A DNA stretch of 63,585 bases, filler included, from 6 parts of 6 records of this genome joined end to end with filler, not necessarily neighbours in it; one strand, 5' to 3'; shown: positions 35,662 through 45,150, numbered from the whole stretch's first letter. Translations and numbers: made by a program. The notes: generated by a model not told the origin, from the letters alone.

Positions 35662-38124
35662 ATGCAAGAAAATATCAAACCCATGTTCGCCGATGTACCG
35701 GCTGAACTTGACATTGCCATCGTGGGCTCCGGCCCCGCGGGCTTGTCTGCTGCCTCACGCGCACAAACACTTGGATGCAACTATGTGTTGTTCGAGGGTG
35801 AAAACCATGCCTCTGACACCATTTACAAGTACCAGAAGGGCAAGCATGTCATGGCCGAACCCGGCTTCCTGCCTTTGCGCAGCGGCATGCCATTTGAAGC
35901 AGGCAAGCGCGAACACATTCTGGGTACCTGGGACAAACAGCTGGCTGATCAGCGCGTCAACATTCAATACAAAAAGAAAGTGGCCACCATCAAGAAGCTG
36001 AACGATGGTGCCGGGCCTTTCGAACTGGAATGTGAAGACGGCAGCAAAACCACCGCACGCACGGTCATTCTAGGCATCGGCCTGCAGGGTAATATTCGGA
36101 AAATTGGCACCGATGGCGACGATCTGCCCAATGTGCAATACACACTGAGCGACCCCGATGAATTTCAAAATGAAACCATCATCGTGATTGGCGCAGGCGA
36201 TGCAGCAATTGAAAACGCCTTGGGCTTGATGCGCAAAAACAAGGTGTTTCTGGTGAACCGTCGCGAAGAATTTGCGCGCTGCAAGGAAGGCAATTTGAGC
36301 CAGATCCTGGCGGCCGACACCAATGAAGATGTGAAAATTTTGTACAACACCAGCACCCTTCGCATCGAAGAAATTGCAGATGCAAAGGACGGTGAACCTT
36401 GCATGAACTACGTGTTCAAAGGCCCTGAAGGTGAACAAACCATACCTGTACACCGAATTATTGCGCGCTTGGGAGCCACCCCACCCCGCACGTTGGTGGA
36501 AAGTTTTGGTGTGCAGTTTCCAAACAGCGACCCCAGCGCTGTGCCTGCCTTGTCTGAAAGTTATGAATCGAATGTGCCGGGTTTGTTCATTGTAGGTGCC
36601 TTGGGCGGCTACCCGCTGATTAAACAGGCCATGAACCAGGGCTACGAGGTAGTGGACACCATCATGGGCTTGCCCGTGGTACCTGCAGATGAGCCGCTGC
36701 TGGCGACCAAGTTCAAGCCGCTGGGTGATCGAAGTGTGTCGGAAGTGCTCGATTTGATTTTGAACAACGTACCGATTTTCTCGGGCATTACCAAGTTGCA
36801 GCTGCGCGAATTCATGCTGGAATCCGATTTGCTCAAACTTTCCAAAGGGCAAATCGTTTTCAGAAAAAATGATTACACCAGCACTTTCTTTTCCATCGTG
36901 GAAGGTTCAGTTGATATTGACCTGGTGGGCAAAGATGGCAAACCCATGGTCATCAACCTGAGCAAAGGCAACTACTTTGGTGAAATGGGCTTGATCAGTG
37001 GCAGACGCAGAACCGCCACCATTCGTGCAGGCGAAGGTTGCGTGCTGGTTGAAACACCCCGCAAAGCCATGCTGAAGCTGATTGCATCGGTTGAAAGTGT
37101 ACGCAAAACCATTGATGAAACGTTTGTACGCCGGGCCATTTCAACCTACCTGGCACCACCTTTGGACAACGCCGCCATTGATGAACTGCTGAGTGATGGC
37201 ATTGATGTACGCCGCTATGCCAAGGGCGAGGTCCTGTTCAAAGATGGCGACGCCGCCGATGGTTTGTATTTGATTCGCCGTGGATCTGTAACGATCTCGA
37301 AAATGATCAAGGAAAAAGACGTAGTGTTGTCGTATGTATCAGCGGGCAACTACGTGGGTGAAATGGCCTTGCTGAACAACAATCCACGTTCAGCCACGGT
37401 AACCGCCTCGGTGTTCACAGAAGCCCTTGTGCTGCCTGTTGCGCCCGTGCAGCGCGTGCTGGCGGCCAATCCCGACTGGAAGGCTGTGTTGCAGGCTCAA
37501 GCCAGCAAGCGGGTAAAAAACAATGTGTTCCGTGAAGACGAGGCCTTCCGTGACACTGACCTGATCCGCTTTCTGATGAACGAGGGCTTGGGCGAAGCAA
37601 CCGATGCGCTGATCATCGATGAAAGCCTGTGCGTGCAATGTGACAACTGCGAAACTGCGTGTGCAGACACCCACGGTGGCACATCCCGCCTGGACCGAAG
37701 TGCCGGCCCTACTTTCCAGAACATTCACATCCCCACATCGTGCCGCCATTGCGAACACCCGCACTGCATGAAAGACTGTCCACCGGATGCCATTCGACGC
37801 AATGAAAGCGGTGAAGTGATGATTGCAGATTCCTGCATTGGCTGCGGCAACTGCGAGCGCAATTGCCCCTATGGCGTTATTCAAATGGCAGTGAAAGCGC
37901 CACCCAAAAAAGGAAATATGCTGACATGGCTGTTATTTGGCCTGGGCGACAAACCCGGCGAGCGCGAAGCCGCTTACGACCCCAATGCCATCAAGAAAGC
38001 AGTGAAATGTGACATGTGTGCCGGCAGCAGTGGTGGCCCAGCCTGCGTACGCGCCTGCCCCACGGGTGCAGCCATTCGAATTTCACCCGAAAAGTACCTG
38101 GTCAGGCAAAGCGAATTGAGTTGA
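35662..38124 (+). CDS. Fusion: FAD/NADPH oxidoreductase (TrxB/YpdA-like) + 2 cNMP-binding domains + 4x[4Fe-4S] ferredoxin
   Basis: GSGPAG, GAGDAA, NRR; FGEMGL..RTAT and VGEMAL..RSAT; CVQCDNCETAC, CRHCEHPHCMKDCP, CIGCGNCERNCP, CDMC..CVRACP. Confidence 0.92.
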   Translation: MQENIKPMFADVPAELDIAIVGSGPAGLSAASRAQTLGCNYVLFEGENHASDTIYKYQKGKHVMAEPGFLPLRSGMPFEAGKREHILGTWDKQLADQRVNIQYKKKVATIKKLNDGAGPFELECEDGSKTTARTVILGIGLQGNIRKIGTDGDDLPNVQYTLSDPDEFQNETIIVIGAGDAAIENALGLMRKNKVFLVNRREEFARCKEGNLSQILAADTNEDVKILYNTSTLRIEEIADAKDGEPCMNYVFKGPEGEQTIPVHRIIARLGATPPRTLVESFGVQFPNSDPSAVPALSESYESNVPGLFIVGALGGYPLIKQAMNQGYEVVDTIMGLPVVPADEPLLATKFKPLGDRSVSEVLDLILNNVPIFSGITKLQLREFMLESDLLKLSKGQIVFRKNDYTSTFFSIVEGSVDIDLVGKDGKPMVINLSKGNYFGEMGLISGRRRTATIRAGEGCVLVETPRKAMLKLIASVESVRKTIDETFVRRAISTYLAPPLDNAAIDELLSDGIDVRRYAKGEVLFKDGDAADGLYLIRRGSVTISKMIKEKDVVLSYVSAGNYVGEMALLNNNPRSATVTASVFTEALVLPVAPVQRVLAANPDWKAVLQAQASKRVKNNVFREDEAFRDTDLIRFLMNEGLGEATDALIIDESLCVQCDNCETACADTHGGTSRLDRSAGPTFQNIHIPTSCRHCEHPHCMKDCPPDAIRRNESGEVMIADSCIGCGNCERNCPYGVIQMAVKAPPKKGNMLTWLLFGLGDKPGEREAAYDPNAIKKAVKCDMCAGSSGGPACVRACPTGAAIRISPEKYLVRQSELS

Positions 38125-40389
38125 TTACTTCGTGTCGAACTGCGTCACGCCATCCCAAGTTTCGGGTGGAGGATTTGCCTGAAAATAGTCGATCCGGCTT
38201 TCATACAGCGCACGCAAAGTCGGGTTCACAACTTCATTGGTTTCCAGACTGTTCAAAGCCGCTTTGGCATCAGCCCACTGCTGTGCACGAAACGCATTCA
38301 ACATCGCGTGCCATTTTCCAGCGCACTCAAAAGTGCTTTCAGCCAACGCGTTGCGCTCGCCCAAGGGTGCGTAAATCGACACTGGTTCGTTCTTGCCTTT
38401 CACCTTCACGGCATCCAGCTCTTGAAACAACATGCCAGACACCGCCATTTTGGTATGAGGTCCTACAATCACGCCAACGCCGTAGGTTTTTGTAATGCCT
38501 TCAAGCCGCGAACCCAGGTTCACCGCATCACCCATGACCGTGTACGCACGGCGAATTTTCGAACCCATGTCACCCACGCGCATTTGACCCGTGTTAACAC
38601 CGACACCGATCGCCAGTTTGGGCCAGTCGCGGGCCATAAACTTTGCATTCAGGCGCACGGCTTCTTCCTGCATGGCAATGGCCGCCTTGGTTGCCAGTTC
38701 AGCATGTTCCGCATCGGCAATGGGTGCCCCCCAAAACGCCATAATGGCGTCGCCGATGTATTTGTCCAAAGTACCGCGGTGTTCGCGAATAATTTCAGAC
38801 ATCACCGTGAGGTATTCATTGATGTATTCGCGCAGTTCGTTGGGCTGCAGCGTTTCAGAAATGGTGGTGAACCCGCGAACATCCGAGAACAGCACGGTAA
38901 GTTCCCTGCTTTCCCCTTCCATGGAATAGCGCTTTGGGTCAAGCGCCATTTCGGTCACCAGTTCTGGTGCCACGTACTCGCCAAACAGGTTCACCATCTG
39001 CTTTTTACTTCGCGATTCCGCAAGGTAACCATAAGCCACATCGAACACAACAATGGCCAACACCAGCAGCAACACCACTGCCACAGGCAGCACCACCCCT
39101 GCCTGAAAATACAGCAGCGAATTGATGGCGACGCTGGCCACCAAAATACCCAATGCCACCAGCAACGACCAAATCGCGCTGAGAATGGGCATCATCACGC
39201 TGAGCACCACACCTACAACCAACACAGAGATGAACAGAAGCCCCTGGGAATATTCCGGGCGCAACTTGTAAACACTGTCCAACATACCGCTGATCACATT
39301 GGCATGCACTTCAACGCCAGGATAAGCCGGGTTCACAGGTGTGCTTCGCAAATCAAGCAAACCGGGGGCAGTGGTGCCAATCAACACAATACGGCCTTCA
39401 ATGTCTTCAGGTTTCAGTGCACCGGCCAGCACATCCGCAGCGGAAACATACCGATATCCGCCACCCTTTGGCCCCCCCTTGGCCCTGAAATTTACACGGG
39501 TCAACAGACCGCGCTCAACAGGAATATCCAATTCAACGTCTGGCGAACGCAAGGCGATCATCTCAACCGCACCGTAATCATCGTCGACACCTTCCGGAAA
39601 CACCGGAATAACCTGCGGATTGCCCAAAGCACGCCGAAGGGTACCCAGCGCAAAGCTTTGGTAGTAAGCATCGTTGAATTGGGCCAGCAAAGGAATGGAG
39701 CGCACAGTACCGTCTTCATCAACCATGGGGTTGAAATATCCGCCATCTGCATGGCGTTGCAACACAGGTATATTGCCGCCGTAGCCTTGCCAATTGGTGC
39801 TGTCCAATTGAAGTGTGCCAAGTTGGCTTTTCTTGAAAATGGCAGGTGGCAACGCCCCCGACAAGGCCGTTGAATCCTGATTCAGGTAATAACCCAACAC
39901 CACGGGGCGTTCTGCCAATACTTTCGCCAATTGGGCATCGCGGTCAAATTGCCGGGCAATTTCGGCTTTCAGACCTTGCAATTCACTTTTCAGGCCGGGC
40001 TTGCTTTGAACAATCGAGTCAAAGGCCTGCAGGGCATCGCTTTGCTGGGGCTCTGCAAACACAATATCGAAACCCACTGCGGCTGCGCCCAGTTTGTCGG
40101 TCAACTCGACAATCAGCTTTGCAACCACATCGCGAGACCAAGGCCAGCGCCCTACTTCAGCAAGACTTTTCTCATCAATGTCGACAATGACAATTCGGGG
40201 ATCCATTTCGGGCTTCTGTGCCTCTGCGCGCAAGCGCACGTCATACACCAGATAATCCAGGCGCTTGACTACATCCGATGGCACAAAACCCAACACGTGC
40301 AACAAGGCAATCGCGGTGAAAGAGAACCCCACTCCAATTCGGAATGCCTTGCCAGCCACGCGTCTCCACGACTTGAACAATATCCTCAT
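38125..40389 (-). CDS. CHASE2-domain class III adenylyl cyclase
   Basis: IVDIDEKSL..GRWPWSR CHASE2, PGVEVHA, three TMs, FSDVRGFT, DKYIGDAIM, YTVMGDAVNLGSRLE. Confidence 0.95.
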   Translation of the reverse strand: MRILFKSWRRVAGKAFRIGVGFSFTAIALLHVLGFVPSDVVKRLDYLVYDVRLRAEAQKPEMDPRIVIVDIDEKSLAEVGRWPWSRDVVAKLIVELTDKLGAAAVGFDIVFAEPQQSDALQAFDSIVQSKPGLKSELQGLKAEIARQFDRDAQLAKVLAERPVVLGYYLNQDSTALSGALPPAIFKKSQLGTLQLDSTNWQGYGGNIPVLQRHADGGYFNPMVDEDGTVRSIPLLAQFNDAYYQSFALGTLRRALGNPQVIPVFPEGVDDDYGAVEMIALRSPDVELDIPVERGLLTRVNFRAKGGPKGGGYRYVSAADVLAGALKPEDIEGRIVLIGTTAPGLLDLRSTPVNPAYPGVEVHANVISGMLDSVYKLRPEYSQGLLFISVLVVGVVLSVMMPILSAIWSLLVALGILVASVAINSLLYFQAGVVLPVAVVLLLVLAIVVFDVAYGYLAESRSKKQMVNLFGEYVAPELVTEMALDPKRYSMEGESRELTVLFSDVRGFTTISETLQPNELREYINEYLTVMSEIIREHRGTLDKYIGDAIMAFWGAPIADAEHAELATKAAIAMQEEAVRLNAKFMARDWPKLAIGVGVNTGQMRVGDMGSKIRRAYTVMGDAVNLGSRLEGITKTYGVGVIVGPHTKMAVSGMLFQELDAVKVKGKNEPVSIYAPLGERNALAESTFECAGKWHAMLNAFRAQQWADAKAALNSLETNEVVNPTLRALYESRIDYFQANPPPETWDGVTQFDTK

Positions 40390-40405
40390 GCCAGATCAGT
40401 TCTCA

Positions 40406-41878
40406 TCATGGTGCACATTGGGGCGCCGCAAACGGTGGCGATGCCAGTGTGTTGTCTTTAACAATGACGTCAGGTGGTGAGGTCAGCAATTGGGGCGGCA
40501 AGTTGCTCAGCGTTTGTACAAAAGCACCCTCCCCCCTATTCACCTCAAGCGGATCCTGATTGGAATTGGAGATAACAATGACACCGTCATTCACAGCCAC
40601 AAACAGCTGCGAATTTTCATCAGAACCACCATCTTGTTGAAGCGACTGCACTGGCGTTGACGACAATGTTTCAAAGTTGGCCGGTGTGTTTTCAGGCAAA
40701 GGCCCAGAGTTGGGTACATTTCCCAGCACATTCGGCAGCGAATTAAGCACCTGAATATTCACGCTGCCAGCAGGAATAATCGCAGACTGCCCAGCGTTGA
40801 TAATAGAATTCACTCCGCCAGATGTCACGATCAGTTGCCCGTTTCGCAACTCAACCGTCAGGTTTGACGAACCAGAACACACCACCAAACTGCCTGCTTG
40901 GGATGTACACGACACATCCAATGCGGTTCCCCGAATACCCACAGTGGCAGTTTCAGTGAAAAACTTCACGTTGTTCGGTTCTGCCTTTGCGATGGCACCA
41001 GTGACCGCCCGCACAGCACCTTTGAGCAACTTGAACGAAGCCACTGATGTTTGTGGCGAGGCAGATGCATAGCGATAAGCAGCCACCTGCATACTGCTGC
41101 CGCCGGGCAAGGTTAATCGGGTGGAATCAGCCATGCTGAGTACCGCAAAACCACTTTCAGCCACTTCAACAGTGTCACCGGCAAACACAGCCGAACCCTT
41201 TTGCAAGGATCGGCGTTTCCCCTCCGGGGAAATGGAAAAAGTTTCACCAGTCAGCTGGGAAACGCGCCCGGCAACGTCGGCATTGGATGTGTTGGTAACA
41301 GTGGCTTTGTCAGACTCGCCTTTGGCCAAACGCGTACATTCATCACCTTTGCACAAACGCGCAGTGAAGTCGGTACCCCGAATACCAATGGTGGCGGTTT
41401 CACTTTTCAGTGAAAATGCATCGGCGCTGCCACGCTTGCCGATCAGACCTGTCAAAGTGCGCAATCCGCCCTTGACGAGCTTGAACTCGGCCTTGTCCGC
41501 AATGGGTTGCTCTGGTTGATACTCGTAATTCTCAACCACGAAGCGTGTATTGGGGCGCAAAGCCACTTGCGTGGTGTCGACAAATTCCAGCACGGTTGTG
41601 CTTTTGGCCTGGGTGTTGATGATGTCGCCGACATTCAGCTTGGTGCCTGCCCCGGCGAATTTGTTTTTTCCATCGGCGGTTTGCAGGTTCACCAATCCTG
41701 TGACCACCTTGATCATTCCCACGGAAGGTTTGCCAGATTGGTCAGCTGCTTGAGCCACATTCGGCATCAGGTCTTTGGCTTGAACGTTCTGCGCCACTAC
41801 CGGGCTACACACCCCCAACGAAAGCGCCATCAACGACACGCTGAACAATGAGCGAATACCAAGGATTGAGTTGTACAT
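40406..41878 (-). CDS. Exported protein with tandem FecR-like domains
   Basis: Signal peptide; two repeats ending TATIGIRGTDF and TATVGIRGTAL; no sigma-binding N-domain; start could also be 41899. Confidence 0.82.
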   Translation of the reverse strand: MYNSILGIRSLFSVSLMALSLGVCSPVVAQNVQAKDLMPNVAQAADQSGKPSVGMIKVVTGLVNLQTADGKNKFAGAGTKLNVGDIINTQAKSTTVLEFVDTTQVALRPNTRFVVENYEYQPEQPIADKAEFKLVKGGLRTLTGLIGKRGSADAFSLKSETATIGIRGTDFTARLCKGDECTRLAKGESDKATVTNTSNADVAGRVSQLTGETFSISPEGKRRSLQKGSAVFAGDTVEVAESGFAVLSMADSTRLTLPGGSSMQVAAYRYASASPQTSVASFKLLKGAVRAVTGAIAKAEPNNVKFFTETATVGIRGTALDVSCTSQAGSLVVCSGSSNLTVELRNGQLIVTSGGVNSIINAGQSAIIPAGSVNIQVLNSLPNVLGNVPNSGPLPENTPANFETLSSTPVQSLQQDGGSDENSQLFVAVNDGVIVISNSNQDPLEVNRGEGAFVQTLSNLPPQLLTSPPDVIVKDNTLASPPFAAPQCAP

Positions 41879-41889
41879 GTCGGCGGCCC

Positions 41890-42411
41890 TCATTTGCACA
41901 CCGCCGAAGCGCGTTGGGGATCACTTTGCGTGCTTTGAAGCTCAATGTCACCGGACTGCTGGGAAACAGTAGTGCCTGCTGTACTTTGGTTGGCCGCTTC
42001 CACTGCCTGCTCTTCCTCGGTGGATGTTGTGGTGCTTGAACTGGTGGTGCTGGATGACTGCGTAGTGGTTGTGCTGGTTGGGGTAGTGAATGCCTGGTCC
42101 AGGTTCTGGTTGATCGTTGAGGTGCTGGTGGTACCCGTGCTGCCCGTTGCGATGGTGCCGGAACTGGCCTGCGCAATGGTGCTGGTGCTCAACTGCTGAA
42201 TTGAGCCCAAGGTGTTGACCACCGGATCCGTAAACGAATACCCCAAACCTGTGTTCAGTTTGGACACACTGCCAAAAACGCCATTGATGGAACTGGCTTC
42301 CAGGAAGGCATATTGATTGCCGCTGCCCAGATTGCCGCCAGAAATATCGATCAAATTCAATTGACCCGCCAGGTTGGCAATGCCATTGACAACAATGCAG
42401 TCAAAATCAAC
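41890..42411 (-). CDS. C-terminal fragment of a filamentous-haemagglutinin/passenger-like surface protein
   Basis: Open frame from the contig edge (VDFDCIVVNGIANLAGQL), Gly/Asn beta-helix-like segment, Ser/Thr-rich linker, ends SAVCK. Confidence 0.6.
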   Translation of the reverse strand, partial: VDFDCIVVNGIANLAGQLNLIDISGGNLGSGNQYAFLEASSINGVFGSVSKLNTGLGYSFTDPVVNTLGSIQQLSTSTIAQASSGTIATGSTGTTSTSTINQNLDQAFTTPTSTTTTQSSSTTSSSTTTSTEEEQAVEAANQSTAGTTVSQQSGDIELQSTQSDPQRASAVCK

Positions 42412-42413
42412 AC

Positions 42414-42513
42414 NNNNNNNNNNNNNNNNNNNNNNNNNNNNNNNNNNNNNNNNNNNNTTAATTAATTAANNNNNNNNNNNNNNNNNNNNNNNNNNNNNNN
42501 NNNNNNNNNNNNN
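42414..42513. other. Artificial contig spacer
   Basis: 44 N + TTAATTAATTAA + 44 N. Confidence 0.99.
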
Positions 42514-42514
42514 G

Positions 42515-43129
<615 letters not shown>

Positions 43130-43143
43130 TACTTAGAATGATC

Positions 43144-43167
43144 GTCATTCCTGCGTAGGCAGGAATC
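43144..43167. repeat. REP-like palindrome
   Basis: GTCATTCCTGC-gtag-GCAGGAATC between atpD and atpC. Confidence 0.6.
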
Positions 43168-43185
43168 GCACTATATAAAACGCTT

Positions 43186-43446
43186 ATGTTCTTAGAAATA
43201 GTAACACCAGACGAAAAAGTCTTTGAAGGGGAAGTGAACAGTGCTTCATTTCCCGGAAGTGACGGGTCTTTTCAGGTATTGAGCAACCACGCACCGATGA
43301 TTTCTACCTTGGGAAAAGGCGATATCAAACTTGAAAAGGTTGTGGATAAGCGAACCGAACTGATTCACCTGATGGTGGATGGAGGTATCGTGGAGGTGCT
43401 CAACAACAAAGTGACCGTATTGGCTGAAAAGATGATCAGCGAGTAA
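43186..43446 (+). CDS. atpC: F0F1 ATP synthase epsilon subunit (short Bacteroidota form)
   Basis: LEIVTPD, PGSDG, NHAPMISTL, GGIVEV; follows atpD. Confidence 0.95.
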   Translation: MFLEIVTPDEKVFEGEVNSASFPGSDGSFQVLSNHAPMISTLGKGDIKLEKVVDKRTELIHLMVDGGIVEVLNNKVTVLAEKMISE

Positions 43447-43472
43447 ACACTTCTTTAGAAGAAGAAAATCAG

Positions 43473-43504
43473 AAGCCGTTGCATTAATTTGTAACGGTTT
43501 TTTT
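43473..43504 (+). terminator. Intrinsic terminator of atpDC
   Basis: AAGCCGTTGCA-ttaatt-TGTAACGGTTT plus T-tract. Confidence 0.8.
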
Positions 43505-43579
43505 GTTGTTTTATATTGAAACAGTTTTGTTGTATACTAGCAATTATGATTTCTAATAGAGCCCGTAGATTTTCTTTTT
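43475..43579 (+). repeat. Direct repeat, copy 1 (intact, about 105 bp)
   Basis: First part recurs at 44255-44310 and second part at 45101-45150. Confidence 0.85.
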
Positions 43580-43641
43580 GTTTGGTATTTACTTTCTCAA
43601 TCCAAGGATGAATAGTAAGAAAACCCTAAGAGTATTCAAAG

Positions 43642-44238
43642 ATGAAAACTAAGCAAGTATCCATATTCTTACTGCTGTGCGGCCTGACACTGCTAGTGTC
43701 GTGCAAGCAGGATGAAGAACCTGACCTAATCCCCAATTATTATTGGGGAGAGGCTTCTTTCGACCTAAACGATATCCGATTAGAACCTAAAATCATTGGA
43801 GTTTCGGTACAACTTGAATGCTCTGAAACATTTGGTTTGATAATGGATAACTATAGTTTGGATGGGCTAAGAAATGCCTCATTGACATTCTCTTTTATTC
43901 CGATCAAATTGGGAAATGGGATTTTGGTAAATGAGAGACTCTTAAATAATGAAAATAACACGCCGAATCATTCGGCCTGTAGTGATTCAATTGGTGCAAG
44001 TTTTATTCCATTGTATGATGATGGGGATGTTTTGGCAGATCGCTATGATCTTGATGCTACAGCTGGTACGAATAGCTTCGAAATCACAGCATACAACGAA
44101 TCAACAAGAGAAGTTTCCGGAACCTTTGATGTGACCTTCGTATTGACCTATGACCATCCGGTTACACCGGACACACCCGATACAGTCAGGTTTTTCAACG
44201 GGAAGTTTCATACGAAAATTATAGAAAGCCTACCGTAA
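43642..44238 (+). CDS. Hypothetical lipoprotein
   Basis: Lipobox LLVS-C followed by acidic KQDEEPD; beta-rich body (VSGTFDVTF...GKF). Confidence 0.75.
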   Translation: MKTKQVSIFLLLCGLTLLVSCKQDEEPDLIPNYYWGEASFDLNDIRLEPKIIGVSVQLECSETFGLIMDNYSLDGLRNASLTFSFIPIKLGNGILVNERLLNNENNTPNHSACSDSIGASFIPLYDDGDVLADRYDLDATAGTNSFEITAYNESTREVSGTFDVTFVLTYDHPVTPDTPDTVRFFNGKFHTKIIESLP

Positions 44239-44254
44239 ACTCAGAATTACAAAA

Positions 44255-44310
44255 CCGTTGCGTTAATTTGTTACGTTTCTTTTGTTTTTTTATATTGAAA
44301 CAGTTTTGTT
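44255..44310 (+). repeat. Direct repeat, copy 2, left part
   Basis: CCGTTGCGTTAATTTGTTACG...TATATTGAAACAGTTTTGTT. Confidence 0.85.
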
Positions 44311-44331
44311 ACGCCTAATTAAATCTGAAAC

Positions 44332-45015
44332 TTGAAACTAGGAATTCCAAATTTTATTCCCACTCTTGGATATCTTTTTTTTGGAGGCATGAGCACTTTT
44401 TTTATAGTTCTACTCTTTCAAAAACTAGATACTGCGGAAACTGGCGCAACTGTTTTCATGATAGTGTTTATACTTCTGATATTGTTCATGTTCGGATTAA
44501 TGAGTTATCGATTTAAGATAATTTTCATGAATTCAACCCAGGTGATAGTCATATTCCCTTTTCGATTTCAATCCAAAAAATTACTCCTCAGGGAAATTGA
44601 TAGTTTGGATTGGAACTTGTGGGAAACTCATAAACTTGGAGACTACCGGAAATTAACTTTCTCAACTAATTCTGGATTTCGATCAAACATATCAGACTTT
44701 GAATTTTGGAACTACGACAGCCTTGAAAAGTGGTTGTTGGATAACACTAAATCAGAATACAACCTTAAACAAAAAGATAAAATCGAATTGGATCAAGCTA
44801 AATACAATAAGTGGCTCAACCTAGTTACCATTCCATTATTGATTTTCTTTTGGTATATCTTTTATGAAAACCCGTCACCTGCTGCAATCAATCCGATTAG
44901 AATTGGCTTACAATTAACAATAACAATAATTATTTGGAGGCTTACTGAACGGCTGATAGACTATCAGAAACGAATAAATAGAAATAAGCATAATAGGCAA
45001 ATCGCTAAAAATTAA
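44332..45015 (+). CDS. Hypothetical AT-rich membrane protein (about 4 TM)
   Basis: 227-aa ORF, TTG start, hydrophobic segments, visibly lower GC than neighbours. Confidence 0.65.
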   Translation: MKLGIPNFIPTLGYLFFGGMSTFFIVLLFQKLDTAETGATVFMIVFILLILFMFGLMSYRFKIIFMNSTQVIVIFPFRFQSKKLLLREIDSLDWNLWETHKLGDYRKLTFSTNSGFRSNISDFEFWNYDSLEKWLLDNTKSEYNLKQKDKIELDQAKYNKWLNLVTIPLLIFFWYIFYENPSPAAINPIRIGLQLTITIIIWRLTERLIDYQKRINRNKHNRQIAKN

Positions 45016-45100
45016 TCGGCTTATGAGCTCCTTGAAAAGGATATCTGAATCAGATAGTTTTAAGGAAATTAACAAACTAACCTGGGGGTTATGGCTGATC

Positions 45101-45150
45101 GCTATATGCTAGCAATTATGATTTCTAATAGAGCCCTGGCATTTTCTTTT
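45101..45150 (+). repeat. Direct repeat, copy 2, right part
   Basis: GCTATATGCTAGCAATTATGATTTCTAATAGAGCCC matches 43529-43564. Confidence 0.85.

Noticed and set aside
35662-36700. Thioredoxin reductase (trxB) call
   Set aside because: No redox-active CXXC in the NADPH domain
38308-39873. 521-aa plus-strand ORF opposite the cyclase (likewise 32857-33990, 5381-6400, 2676-3611, 1945-2760)
   Set aside because: Shadow ORFs antisense to well-supported genes, with no motifs of their own
30707-41878. Functional link between the FecIR pair and the tandem-FecR/cyclase locus
   Set aside because: They lie on different contigs from apparently different organisms
43475-45150. CRISPR array or IS ends
   Set aside because: Only two long degenerate copies separated by whole genes; no cas, transposase or terminal inverted repeats
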